Below are positions 28,106-37,345 of a stretch of DNA of 64,000 nucleotides, piece after piece (positions within the stretch are counted from its first letter, which is position 1; every line of letters begins with the position of its first letter). A program made the translations under genes and the position numbers. This stretch comes from Candidatus Dormibacteria bacterium (GTDB lineage: Bacteria > Chloroflexota > Dormibacteria > Aeolococcales > Aeolococcaceae). The notes below the pieces were generated by a model. It was not told the origin of the DNA and did not search any database. It saw only the letters and a list, made by a program, of their open reading frames with translations. Location: positions 17,807-81,806 of the forward strand of contig JBEKIT010000009.1 of the NCBI GenBank assembly GCA_050011555.1, given 5' to 3'.

Positions 28106-28216
28106 GTGGGCGCTGCACCGCTGGCGGGAAGCATCCCAGTCCCTTGTGCACTCCGACAGGGCGAGCGTCATCCAGAGTTCACGGAGCTGCCATTGCCCCA
28201 TGGATCTGCGCGATTC

Positions 28217-28234
28217 TCTGTGGGATCTCACAGA
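28217..28234. promoter_or_regulatory. 18-bp near-perfect palindrome (operator-like)
   Basis: TCTGTGGGATCTCACAGA, one mismatched pair; TTGACA on the minus strand at 28242-28247. Confidence 0.45.
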
Positions 28235-28442
28235 TTGCTGTTGTCAATGGCCGGTGAGATCCAGGGCCCGGGCCGCAGTCCGAGATGGAGGGGCGCCATC
28301 AGCGTGTGCCGGGACCGCCGGGTGCCGGGGCGCGGGCAGCTGTGAGAGGCGGTGGGCACGTCCGCAGCGGCTGGGTGCTGCATCGTCCTCGGGCGCGGGT
28401 GCCGGGGCGAGCGACAACCTCTCGGAGCCGCCGTCGCCGTCA

Positions 28443-28534
28443 CGGACCATCGGCCGGCGGGACTGGCATTCCTCCCCCGCTTTCGCGGGACCGAATGCCG
28501 GATCAGGATGCCACGGACATCCCGACCGCGGGAA
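28443..28534 (-). ncRNA. Putative promoter + GNRA hairpin element, copy 2
   Basis: TTCCCG-18 nt-CATCCT then GGCAUUC..CCCGC-GAAA-GCGGG..GAAUGCC followed by AGUCCCGCCGG; 15-nt core identical to copy 1. Confidence 0.4.
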
Positions 28535-28536
28535 GG

Positions 28537-28569
28537 GACGGAGGTCCTCGGTCGTCGGGGACCTCCGTC
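28537..28569. terminator. Strong hairpin, likely terminator of NCS1 permease
   Basis: GACGGAGGTCC..GGACCTCCGTC stem about 50 nt after the stop codon. Confidence 0.6.
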
Positions 28570-28617
28570 ATTCCACGCAATGGCGCCGGGGCGCCGGCTG
28601 ACAGGCTGCTATGGAAT

Positions 28618-30114
28618 CTAGCTCGCGACCTTGGGCCGCGCCGATACCACCACCGTGGCCGCGGGCGCCGCCACCGCCTCCGACACCTCACGCGGCACGC
28701 TGCGGAAGGAGAGGAGGAAGTAGATGGCGCCGGCCACCACCATGCCGAGGAGCCAGCTGAGGTCCCCACCCCCGGTGGCGTTGGAGATCGGACCCTGGTA
28801 CGAGGGGGTGTAGTAGAGGGCGTCGGTCCACATCAGCGCGGCGAACATGCCGACGACCAGGGCGACGATCGCCTTCCAGTTGATCCCACCGTTGCGCCAG
28901 TACAGTCCTCCGATCTTCTGGACCAGGCCCGCGCCGTCGTACCGTCCCCTGCGCAGGAAGTAGTCCACCATGAGGATGGCGAACCACGCTCCGAGCCAGA
29001 CCAAGATGTAATCGAGGAAGCCTGAGAGGTCGGTGTAGAGGTTCCCCTTGAAGATGACCAGGCCCGTCACCACACCGCTGACGACGGTGTCGATCAGGAT
29101 GCAGCCCCACCGCCTGAGCGGGATGCCGATGGCCTGCAGGGTGACTCCCGACGAGTACATGTCGATGGTGTTGATGGAGAACAGCTGCAGGATGGCGACG
29201 ATCATGAAGGGCCAGAAGAACCAGTCCGCGTAGGCCGTGAACGCCGACGGGATGCCGACCAGCTCCCTTCCCGACGCGACGTGGACGGTCACCATGTAGG
29301 CGCACACCCCGAGCAGCTCGAGGAGGATGGAGGGGATAGCCGCGCCCAGGCTGGCCGACCAGAAGACCCTGGCCTTGCTCGTGTCCTTGGGCAGGTACCG
29401 CGAGTAGTCGGCCGCGTTCTCGGTCCAGCCGAGCCCGCCGGTGGAGACGATGAGCACCACGGCGGTCGTCCAGAGCCACCACGTCGTGCCGGTCTGGAGG
29501 CTGGCCCAGTGCACGTGGGGAAGCACCAGGATGGCCATCACGACAAAGAGGACGATGAAGACCAACGAGAGGTAGCGCAGCGCCGTCTTGATAGTGGCGT
29601 GGCCCAGGAACGGCATCACGAACTGCACCACGACGGCGAGGATGATGATGAGCACCTGAGCGGCGTTGCTCACGCTGGCGACGCCGGCCTTGTTGAGGAT
29701 CGCGTCGACGACGAAGACCACCAGGACCAGGCCGAGGATCTCGAAACCGACCTGGGTGATCCAGTTGAAGAGGGAGGGGAGCCGGTTGCCGTTGCGCCCA
29801 AACGGAGCCCGGCTGATCATGAAGGCGGTGGTCCCGGCAAGGGGGCCCGGCAGGCTGGCGAGGCCGAGGAAGGCGTAGGCCAGGTTCCCGATCAGGATCG
29901 CCAGGATCGCCTGCGGGAAGGAGAGCCCGAAGGTGCAGATCAGGACCCCGTAGAAGAGGAACTCGACGTTCCAGACGGCTCCCGACCAGAGCCAGAAGAG
30001 GCCCATCGGGCGCATCTTCCGGTCGGACTCCGGGATCAGATCGATGCCGCGATGCTCCAGCTGAAACGCTTCGTACGCTTCCGAGGTCTCGAGCGCCTCG
30101 GCTGCCGCGCTCAT
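28618..30114 (-). CDS. Purine-cytosine permease (NCS1 family)
   Basis: EHRGIDLIPESDR, ISRAPFG..G, ADYSRYLP, YSSG, DYF; about 12 TM helices. Confidence 0.9.
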   Translation of the reverse strand: MSAAAEALETSEAYEAFQLEHRGIDLIPESDRKMRPMGLFWLWSGAVWNVEFLFYGVLICTFGLSFPQAILAILIGNLAYAFLGLASLPGPLAGTTAFMISRAPFGRNGNRLPSLFNWITQVGFEILGLVLVVFVVDAILNKAGVASVSNAAQVLIIILAVVVQFVMPFLGHATIKTALRYLSLVFIVLFVVMAILVLPHVHWASLQTGTTWWLWTTAVVLIVSTGGLGWTENAADYSRYLPKDTSKARVFWSASLGAAIPSILLELLGVCAYMVTVHVASGRELVGIPSAFTAYADWFFWPFMIVAILQLFSINTIDMYSSGVTLQAIGIPLRRWGCILIDTVVSGVVTGLVIFKGNLYTDLSGFLDYILVWLGAWFAILMVDYFLRRGRYDGAGLVQKIGGLYWRNGGINWKAIVALVVGMFAALMWTDALYYTPSYQGPISNATGGGDLSWLLGMVVAGAIYFLLSFRSVPREVSEAVAAPAATVVVSARPKVAS

Positions 30115-30427
30115 GGTCTATCCACCGGTGCGACGGGTGCGGCGGTTTTGATAACCACGTACTGAGCCTCCGCTTGAAGTTTTTGACGCATACTGTCGAG
30201 CCTGCCAACGCGCGCGGAGAGACCGGCCCCAGCCTCCCTGTCCTCCCTGCGTTGCCGAAGTGTGACGCGACGGACGGCCCTCCCGCTAGGGGACTCCGGC
30301 GGTGACTTTGGAGGAGCGCGCCGGGTCGTTCGGACACCCTCCGCCGACCCTCCCGCGGGCGTCCATCCGCGCACCGAGCGCCGACGGCGACGGCGTCACC
30401 CGCCGCCCCCGGACGGCCGCCGGGGGC

Positions 30428-32719
30428 TCAGGCGGCGAGGCTCCGAGGCGCCGCGGGCCGCGTGCGTCCCGCGTCCGGTCCGGTGCCGGCCCCGAAACGA
30501 CGCAGCCGGAGCGCGTTGCCGACCACGGTCACCGAGCTGCAGGCCATGGCCAGGGCCGCCAGCGCCGGAGGGACCACATCGAGCATGGCGAGAGGGACAA
30601 GCACCAGGTTGTAGCCGACCGCCCAGGCCAGGTTCTGGCGGATGACCCGGAGCGTCGCCCGGCTCAGCGCGATGGCGTCACCGACCCGGCCGACGTCGCC
30701 GTGGACGAGGGTGATGGCGGCCGCGGCCATCGCCGCGCCGGTGGCGCTGCCGACCGCGATCCCGACGTCGGCGGCGGCGAGCGCGGGTGCGTCGTTGACG
30801 CCGTCGCCCACCATGGCGACCGTCTCCCCTCGACCGTGCAGCTCGCCGACGAGCGCGGCCTTCCCCTCGGGGCTGAGCCCGGCTCGCCATTCCTCGATGC
30901 CGGTCTCGCGAGCCACGGCGGCCGCCGTCTGCGGCGTGTCGCCGGTGGCGAGGGTCACCCGCAACCCCATGGTCCGGAGCCGGCGCACGCCCGCCACGGC
31001 GTCGGGCCGGAGCGGGTCGGCGATCCCCAGGACGAGTCGCAGCCGGGTGTCGACGGCGACCCCCACCACGGTGCGGCCGCGGCCGGCCAGGCCGGCGATG
31101 AGGGCGTCGCCCGGCTGGGTCGGGATGCCCTGCTCGGCGAGCCAGCGCGGCGCGCCCACCAGCACCCGATGACCGTCGGCCGTCCCCGCGATGCCCCCAC
31201 CGGGGTGGCTCGCCACCTCGCCCGCCACGGCCGGTGACGCGTGCCCCAGGCGCAGCTCCGCTCCGGTGACGACGGCCCGGGCGAGGGGGTGCTCCGAGCT
31301 GGATTCGACCGAGGCCGCCAGAGCCAGGGCCTCGCCGGGGTCCGCTCCGCCCACCGGGACGACGTCGACCAGCTCGGGGCGTCCCAGGGTCAGGGTGCCG
31401 GTCTTGTCGAGCACGATCGTGTCCAGGCGGTGGACCGTCTCCAGGGTCTCCCCACCCCGGATCAGCAGGCCCAGCTCCGCGCCCCGGCCGCTCGACACCA
31501 TCACCGCCACCGGGGTGGCCAGGCCGAGGGCGCAGGGGCAGGCGACGACCACGGTCGCGACCGCGGGGATCATCGATGCCACCAGGCCGTGGCCGGTGAG
31601 GGCCCAGCCGGCGAAGGTCGCGGCGGCGAGGGCCAGGATGGCGGGCACGAAGACGGCCGACACCCGGTCGGCGAGACGCTGCACGGGGGGTTTCTCGGCC
31701 TGGGTGCGCTCCACCAGGCGCACGATCTGGGCGAGCACGGTCGCCGAGCCGGTCCGTTCCACCCGCATCCGCAGCGGGCTGCCACCGTTGACGGTGCCGC
31801 CGATGAGCTCGGCCCCCTCGCTCTTGGCGACCGGCATGCTCTCTCCGGTGAGCAGCGACTCGTCGACCGCACCGGCACCGCCGACCACGCGTCCGTCGGT
31901 GGGGATCGGTTCACCGGGGCGGACCAGGAGGATGTCGCCGGGCATCAGGGCGCGGGTGTCGACATCGGCGATCCGGGCCGGATCGCCCCCCTCGAGGCGG
32001 TGGGCGACGCGGGGCTGGAGGGTCGCCAGCTCCTCGATGGCCTCGCCCGCCTTGCCGCGTGCCACGGTCTCCAGGTACTTGCCGACCGAGATGAGGGTGA
32101 CGATCAGCGCCGCGACGTCGAAGTAGGTGGGCTGTCCCCGCAGTGGCGGAGCCAGGGTGGCGGCCGCGGAGTAGCCGAAGGCGATGGTGGCGCCCACCGA
32201 GACCAGCGTGTCCATGGTGGTGCCGCCGTGGCGCAGGGCCCGCAGCGCCCCGCGGTGGAAGGTGGCCCCCACCCAGAAGAAGATGGGGACGGCGAGGATG
32301 AGCTGGACCGAATTGGACCAGTGGGCGGAGGGGAGGGCGTAGGCGAGGACCAGGATGGCGGCGCTGAGGCCCGCCCCCAGGCCGAGCTGGAGCTGGCGCA
32401 TCCGAAGGGCGGCGCGGCGCCGGGCGCGACGGTCGCCGGCTTCCAGCGCACCCGGAGCGGCCCCGCCAAGGGCGGGTTCGACGGCGGGGGTGCGAGCCGT
32501 GTAGCCGGCCTGGCGGACCGCCTCCTCGAGGGCCGCGGTGGTGACGCCGGCTCCGGCGACGACCTCGGCCCGCTCGGTGGCCAGGTTGACGCTCGCGCTC
32601 CGGACCCCCGGCACCTCCGCGAGCGCCTGCTCCACCCGCGCCACGCAGGAGGCGCAGTGCATCCCCTCGATCTCGAGGGTGCGGGGAAGGGTGGCGCCGG
32701 GGGCCGGCCCGACCGTCAT
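30428..32719 (-). CDS. copA: Cu(I)-exporting P1B-1 ATPase
   Basis: HMA GMHCASC, TGES, CPC, DKTGT, SEHP, GDGVND, YN and MACSS. Confidence 0.94.
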   Translation of the reverse strand: MTVGPAPGATLPRTLEIEGMHCASCVARVEQALAEVPGVRSASVNLATERAEVVAGAGVTTAALEEAVRQAGYTARTPAVEPALGGAAPGALEAGDRRARRRAALRMRQLQLGLGAGLSAAILVLAYALPSAHWSNSVQLILAVPIFFWVGATFHRGALRALRHGGTTMDTLVSVGATIAFGYSAAATLAPPLRGQPTYFDVAALIVTLISVGKYLETVARGKAGEAIEELATLQPRVAHRLEGGDPARIADVDTRALMPGDILLVRPGEPIPTDGRVVGGAGAVDESLLTGESMPVAKSEGAELIGGTVNGGSPLRMRVERTGSATVLAQIVRLVERTQAEKPPVQRLADRVSAVFVPAILALAAATFAGWALTGHGLVASMIPAVATVVVACPCALGLATPVAVMVSSGRGAELGLLIRGGETLETVHRLDTIVLDKTGTLTLGRPELVDVVPVGGADPGEALALAASVESSSEHPLARAVVTGAELRLGHASPAVAGEVASHPGGGIAGTADGHRVLVGAPRWLAEQGIPTQPGDALIAGLAGRGRTVVGVAVDTRLRLVLGIADPLRPDAVAGVRRLRTMGLRVTLATGDTPQTAAAVARETGIEEWRAGLSPEGKAALVGELHGRGETVAMVGDGVNDAPALAAADVGIAVGSATGAAMAAAAITLVHGDVGRVGDAIALSRATLRVIRQNLAWAVGYNLVLVPLAMLDVVPPALAALAMACSSVTVVGNALRLRRFGAGTGPDAGRTRPAAPRSLAA

Positions 32720-33186
32720 CGGGGTGTCCGGGACCGCCGTGGGCGCGCCGGCCGCGCCGGGTGGGCCGCGTCGGGCGCTGCTCCCCGGTCCGGGGCTGTC
32801 CCGGCGCCGCCGCGGTGGTGCGCCGGCGGCGCGGGGGCGGTGGTCTCCGTCGGACGGGGGAGGGGGGCGGCGGCCGCGACGGGGAGCGGGACGGGGTCGA
32901 AGCGCTCGCGGAGGTCGGTGAGGGCGCTGGTGTAGCGCAGGGCCTCCAGCAGCTCGGCGATCTTGGCGTCACCGCTGCCCGCGGTGATCGCCTCGGTGAC
33001 GCAGGTCTCCAGGTGGTTCTGGAGCAGCACCCGGTTGACCCTCTCGAGGGAGGCCTGGAGGGCGGCGACCTGTTTCATGAGGTCGGGACAGTAGTCCTCG
33101 CGCTCGACCATGGCCATGACGCCGTCGAGGTGGCCGCGCACCGTCTTGAGGCGGAGCAGGGCGTCGCGTTTGTGGTCCGGCTTCAT
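32716..33186 (-). CDS. csoR: CsoR copper-sensing repressor with Ala/Pro-rich tail
   Basis: RLKTVRGHL, YC..HLETC (C-H-C fingerprint); coupled to copA. Confidence 0.9.
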   Translation of the reverse strand: MKPDHKRDALLRLKTVRGHLDGVMAMVEREDYCPDLMKQVAALQASLERVNRVLLQNHLETCVTEAITAGSGDAKIAELLEALRYTSALTDLRERFDPVPLPVAAAAPLPRPTETTAPAPPAHHRGGAGTAPDRGAAPDAAHPARPARPRRSRTPR

Positions 33187-33200
33187 CCTGAAGCTCAGTC

Positions 33201-33226
33201 TACCCCTCCCGGGGTGGGGTGGGGTC
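33201..33226. promoter_or_regulatory. Probable CsoR operator
   Basis: TACCCC-TCCC-GGGGT G/C-tract palindrome overlapping -10 TAGACT (minus) of csoR. Confidence 0.65.
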
Positions 33227-33252
33227 ATCCCTCTCTGGAGGGGGTGGCGAGA

Positions 33253-33741
33253 TCAGGCCGGGGTCATCAGGACCAGCGGGATCGGCCGTGCGGTCCTCGC
33301 CTGGTAGTGCACGTAGCGGTTGCGGTTGACCGCGTTCATCAGGGCCATCAGCCGCGCGTAGTCGGCATCGCCGGACTCGACGACCCTGGCCTCCGCCGCG
33401 AGCTGGCGGCGGCCCACCTGCAGGCGCACCCACGGGTCGGCCCGGAGGTTCCGAAGCCAGGCCGGGTCGCGCTGGCCGCCGTAGTTGGATGCCGCCACCA
33501 CCAGGGAGCCACCGTCACGGCCGTAGACGAGCGCAGCGGTGCGGGTCCGACCGGTGCGGCGCCCGGTGGTCTGGAGGAGCAGGGACGGCACGCCGATGAT
33601 CCCGTGTCCGAGCCGGCCACCGGTGCGCAGGTACAGCCAGCGGTGCAGACGAGGGACGAAGGCGGGGCCGCTGCCCGTCCCCATCCAGCCGTTCAGTGTC
33701 CGGGCGATCCTCGGCACCCCGGGTTCCAGCAGCTGAGCCAT
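33253..33741 (-). CDS. Deazaflavin (F420)-dependent nitroreductase family (Ddn/FDOR-A)
   Basis: LLLQTTGRRTG, VVAASNYG..PAWLRNLRADP, YQARTARPIPL. Confidence 0.9.
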   Translation of the reverse strand: MAQLLEPGVPRIARTLNGWMGTGSGPAFVPRLHRWLYLRTGGRLGHGIIGVPSLLLQTTGRRTGRTRTAALVYGRDGGSLVVAASNYGGQRDPAWLRNLRADPWVRLQVGRRQLAAEARVVESGDADYARLMALMNAVNRNRYVHYQARTARPIPLVLMTPA

Positions 33742-33809
33742 CGGGCAACCTTACCCGCGCAGGGGATGGGCAGCGTCGCGGCGGGGCGCGTGCCCGCGGC
33801 GAGCCTGCG

Positions 33810-34328
33810 TCAACCGCCCGGCCGCCGGCCCTCCGCGGCCAGGGCATGGTCGAGCCACCGGCGCACCTGGTTCTGATGGCCCGACCACGCGGACCACGAT
33901 GCGCCTGCCCAGGCGAGGACGGCCTCCGCCCGGGCCTCTGGGGCGGCCGCCGCCACGTCGCGGACGGTGACCTCATAGGCGGCCGGCAGGGGCAGGAGGG
34001 ATGGATAGTCGCGATGGGTCCAGGTGCCGATCAGATGGCGCAGGCGGATACCCGGGATGCCGCGCTCCAGTGATGCGCAGAGACTCATCAGGTGCACGGC
34101 CACGGATTGCCGGTTGCGCCGGTCGTCGTTGGTCGCGTGCTGGGCGGCATAGGCATCGATCATCTGCTGGCTCGTGGTCACGCCCTCGGGGCCGACCAGC
34201 GACACCCTCCACTCCAGGAGCGCGCCGTAGACCGCCCAACAGCCGGGGGCGGCCAGCATGTACGCGTGCACCGGGCCGCCAACATCCGCCACCAGCGCGC
34301 CGCAGCCGAAGCACCGGACGTCGCTCAC
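33810..34328 (-). CDS. Conserved hypothetical protein (DUF5946-like, N-terminal CxxC)
   Basis: CFGCGA..HAY..PGCW, DAYAAQH, QSVAVHLMSL, WA..W..W. Confidence 0.7.
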   Translation of the reverse strand: MSDVRCFGCGALVADVGGPVHAYMLAAPGCWAVYGALLEWRVSLVGPEGVTTSQQMIDAYAAQHATNDDRRNRQSVAVHLMSLCASLERGIPGIRLRHLIGTWTHRDYPSLLPLPAAYEVTVRDVAAAAPEARAEAVLAWAGASWSAWSGHQNQVRRWLDHALAAEGRRPGG

Positions 34329-34462
34329 CAGCCGACGATACCGGCGCCCCACCCTCTCCGTCCTCCCCACCCGCGTACCAAAGCCCCTGGTGCCCCGGGC
34401 GCCTCGGGCGTATGCGGGTGGGCTGTCCGAGCCTCAGCCAGCAAGGACCCGAGGAGGTCCCG

Positions 34463-34975
34463 ATGAGCGTGCCACCCGACGACCTGCGCCAGGCGGCCAT
34501 GAAGCAGCTGCAGGAGCGGCGCGATTTCGTGCCCCATCTGCTGGCGTACGTCCTGGTCAACGCCGGGCTGATCGTGGTCTGGGCGCTCACCTCGACTCAC
34601 GCGATCTTCTGGCCCGCGTTCGTCCTCGTCTTCTGGGGCATGGGTCTGGTGATCCACGCCTGGAGTGCATTCCTCCGCCGGCCGATCACCGATGCCGACG
34701 TGGATCGCTACGTCGCGCGCCTGCAGGGCGGGGGGGAGGTCGGGGCCTCGGGTGAGCGCTCGCTCTCAGGGCTGCGCCGCGCCGCTCAGCCAGGAGGACG
34801 CGGAGCGTCCCCGGGCCGGCCGGCTCGGGTGACCAGCCAGGCGGTGGCGGCCTCCAGGTGCCGTCGGATCGTCGCCTCCGCACTCGAGGGCCTGCCGCCC
34901 TCGATGGCTCGGAGCACCTCCGTGTGCTCGGCGGTGAGGTCCTCCACGGTTGCGTACTCCGTCTCCATGAGCTGA
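34463..34975 (+). CDS. 2TM-domain small membrane protein (true end probably 34755)
   Basis: GAGGAGG RBS; FVPHLLAYVLVN..IFWP..WGMGLVIHAW..RPITDAD; G7 run at 34730-34736. Confidence 0.8.
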   Translation: MSVPPDDLRQAAMKQLQERRDFVPHLLAYVLVNAGLIVVWALTSTHAIFWPAFVLVFWGMGLVIHAWSAFLRRPITDADVDRYVARLQGGGEVGASGERSLSGLRRAAQPGGRGASPGRPARVTSQAVAASRCRRIVASALEGLPPSMARSTSVCSAVRSSTVAYSVSMS

Positions 34976-35472
34976 GCGAGGGAGAGCAGGATCTCGGCGG
35001 CGATGTCGCGGTGGACGGCGGCGAGCCGGCTGTTGCCCGCGCCCTCCACGATCGCCCGGTGGAACGCGAGGTCGGCCTCGACCAGATCGCGCCGGGCGGA
35101 GCCGCGGGTCAGCCGCCCCTCCGCCTCGAGGGCCCGTCGAGCCGCCTCGGGGACCGAGCGACGCGCCGCCAGGGACCGGCCCGCCTGGATCTCGATCGCC
35201 GCGCGCAGCTCGTAGACCTCGGCGAGGTCGCGCCCGGTGAGCACCCGGACGAAGACGCCGCGGTTGCGCGACTTGATCAGCAGGCCGCGGTGGGCGAGCC
35301 CGTCGAAGGCGGCACGGAGGGTGTTCCTGCCCACGTCGTACTGCCGGGCAAGCTCGATCTCCCGGAGGTGCTCGCCGGGCTGGAACTCGCCGTCGAGCGT
35401 GCGCCGCTCCAGGTCCTCCTCCAGTGCCTGGACGGTCGACACCGTTCCCAAGCGACGGAGCACGGTGGCCAC
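34786..35472 (-). CDS. GntR-family regulator (FCD domain)
   Basis: FQPGEHLREIELA..VGRNTLR, DLAFHRAI..GN, EH..I. Confidence 0.92.
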   Translation of the reverse strand: MATVLRRLGTVSTVQALEEDLERRTLDGEFQPGEHLREIELARQYDVGRNTLRAAFDGLAHRGLLIKSRNRGVFVRVLTGRDLAEVYELRAAIEIQAGRSLAARRSVPEAARRALEAEGRLTRGSARRDLVEADLAFHRAIVEGAGNSRLAAVHRDIAAEILLSLAQLMETEYATVEDLTAEHTEVLRAIEGGRPSSAEATIRRHLEAATAWLVTRAGRPGDAPRPPG

Positions 35473-35480
35473 GGTGTCCT

Positions 35481-35493
35481 ATTGTGTTACAAT
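35481..35493. promoter_or_regulatory. GntR/FadR-type operator
   Basis: ATTGT-GTT-ACAAT palindrome 9 nt upstream of the gntR start. Confidence 0.6.
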
Positions 35494-35554
35494 CATCCCT
35501 CTTCCGCAAGGGTGGTGGATCCTCCTCTGTCCCGGCGGCGGGGCAGCCGTCTCG

Positions 35555-35697
35555 CCGCCGGGCAGTCCTCCACCCGCCGGGCAGTCCTCCCCCCGGCGGC
35601 GCACCGAGTAGCATGCCGTCCGGCCGAGGATGTCCAGGATTGCGCGGACTGAGCCGGGGAGCGGTTGGCTTCGCAGTGCCGGGTGGCTTCGCAGTGC
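35555..35697. repeat. Two short tandem duplications in gntR-GH5 spacer
   Basis: CCGCCGGGCAGTCCTCC x2 (35555, 35574); TGGCTTCGCAGTGC x2 (35666, 35684). Confidence 0.75.
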
Positions 35698-35775
35698 AAT
35701 GTCGCACGGGCAGGTTGCAGGGCCGAGGGGGTGGGGTGTGCCGCTCTCTCCGGTGGAGCCGCTCGGCCGAGCGCG

Positions 35776-37275
35776 ATGAGCGGTGCCGCCCTGTCCCTGC
35801 GACCCCGACGCCGGTCCACCGAGGTGCGTGACCGCCATCGCGGGCTGCGGGGTGGGGAGCGAGGCGGGGCTCCCCGGCTGCGCCTCATCGCCGTGCTCGT
35901 GGTGATGGCCCTGGCCATCTGGCTGGTGCTGCCGGTCCCCGCCCTCACCGCGACCGTGCCCCTTCCGGGCCCGCGCCCGGCCGCCCAACCGTACCTCCCC
36001 TGGCTCACCACCGCCGGCGGGCGCATCGTCGACGCGGCGGGGCGCAGCGTCATCCTCCACGGCTTCGACGACGACGCCTTGCTCGAATCGACGCTGGCTC
36101 CCGCACCCCTGGACGCGACCGACGCCGGGCTCATGGAAGCATCCGGATTCGACGTGGTGCGGCTGCCGATCGCCTGGTCGCTGCTCGAGCCCCAGCGCGG
36201 CCACTTCAGCACCGCGTACCTCGATCGCATCGCCGCCGCGGTGGCGCTGCTCAACGCCCATCACCTCTACGTGGTGTTGGACATGCACTTCCTTGGCTGG
36301 AGCCCCGGCTACGGGGGATCGGGAGCGCCTGCCTGGGCGACCCTGTCATGGATCCCCGACATCCCCTGGGGCCCCATGCCCTCGGTGACGCGACTCCTGT
36401 CGCCGGCGATCAACGCCTCGACGGCGTACTTCTGGCTGACCTCGGACTGGCAGACGCAGTACCTGCGGACCTGGCAGTTCGTGGCCGCCCGCTTCCGCGA
36501 CGACAGTGGTGTGGCCGGCTACGACATCATCAATGAGCCGCACGCCTTTCCGCTGCCCCCGCTGCGCTTCGACAAGGACGACCTCTTTCCGTTCTACGCG
36601 CGCGCCATCACCTCCATCGGGGCGGTCGACCCCAACCATCTCTTCCTCATCGAGAACGACGCCCTGGGTGACTTCCCCACCAGCGTCGTCGCCCTCTCCG
36701 CGCCCGATCTCGTCTACTCGCCGCACGTCTACACCGGCGTGCTCTTCCCGCCGACCTTCGACGGGAACCCCCAATCCCTCGACACCCACGTGAACGAGCT
36801 GGCCCGCGAGGCCGGCCAGGTGCCGGCGGCGATGTGGGTGGGCGAGTTCGGCATCAGCACCCAAAGCCCGGATGCGGCGGAGTGGATCGACGACGCCCTC
36901 GACGCCTTCGCCGATCACGACGCCGGCTGGGCGTGGTGGCAGTGGCGAGCACCCGGCCCCTGGAGCGTGCGCAGTCCCGACGGCAGGACCGTCGACATGA
37001 CCCTGCTCCGGGAGCTGGCCCGCCCCTACCTCGCCGCCGCCCCCGCCGGGGTGTCGGCCGGTCAGGGCGACGGGGTCACCGGCAGGCTGGCGGTCACCGT
37101 CGCCGCCGGCCACGCTCCGGGCGTCATCGAGGTGGCGTGGTCCGACCTCACCCTGGGGCTCCCCACGGTCGTCGCGAGCTGCGCGGCTCAGCCGGCCTGG
37201 GACCCCTCCTCCTCCCGGCTGTCGCTCACCGTCCCCGCCGGTGTGGCCTGCCGGATCGAGCTGTCGGGGTCGTGA
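35776..37275 (+). CDS. Secreted GH5 glycoside hydrolase, endoglycoceramidase-like
   Basis: Signal/TM; VRLPIAWSLLEP, VLDMH, GSGAPAW, YDIINEP (acid/base), SPHVY, VGEFG (nucleophile), LARPY. Confidence 0.85.
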   Translation: MSGAALSLRPRRRSTEVRDRHRGLRGGERGGAPRLRLIAVLVVMALAIWLVLPVPALTATVPLPGPRPAAQPYLPWLTTAGGRIVDAAGRSVILHGFDDDALLESTLAPAPLDATDAGLMEASGFDVVRLPIAWSLLEPQRGHFSTAYLDRIAAAVALLNAHHLYVVLDMHFLGWSPGYGGSGAPAWATLSWIPDIPWGPMPSVTRLLSPAINASTAYFWLTSDWQTQYLRTWQFVAARFRDDSGVAGYDIINEPHAFPLPPLRFDKDDLFPFYARAITSIGAVDPNHLFLIENDALGDFPTSVVALSAPDLVYSPHVYTGVLFPPTFDGNPQSLDTHVNELAREAGQVPAAMWVGEFGISTQSPDAAEWIDDALDAFADHDAGWAWWQWRAPGPWSVRSPDGRTVDMTLLRELARPYLAAAPAGVSAGQGDGVTGRLAVTVAAGHAPGVIEVAWSDLTLGLPTVVASCAAQPAWDPSSSRLSLTVPAGVACRIELSGS

Positions 37276-37345
37276 TGCGCGAACCGGCCACCGCCCATCG
37301 CGACCCGGAAATCACTCATCCCCGAGCGCTAGAGTTGAGGACATC

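Noticed and set aside
28080-28260. Cys-rich plus-strand peptide (..CHCPMDLRDSLWDLTDCCCQW) as a RiPP or metallothionein
   Set aside because: Part of a long shadow frame with no nearby stop, atypical codon usage and no modifying enzymes nearby
28012-28498. CRISPR array, or cobalamin/ZTP riboswitch
   Set aside because: Only two copies about 430 bp apart, no cas genes, no B12 box or complete pfl consensus
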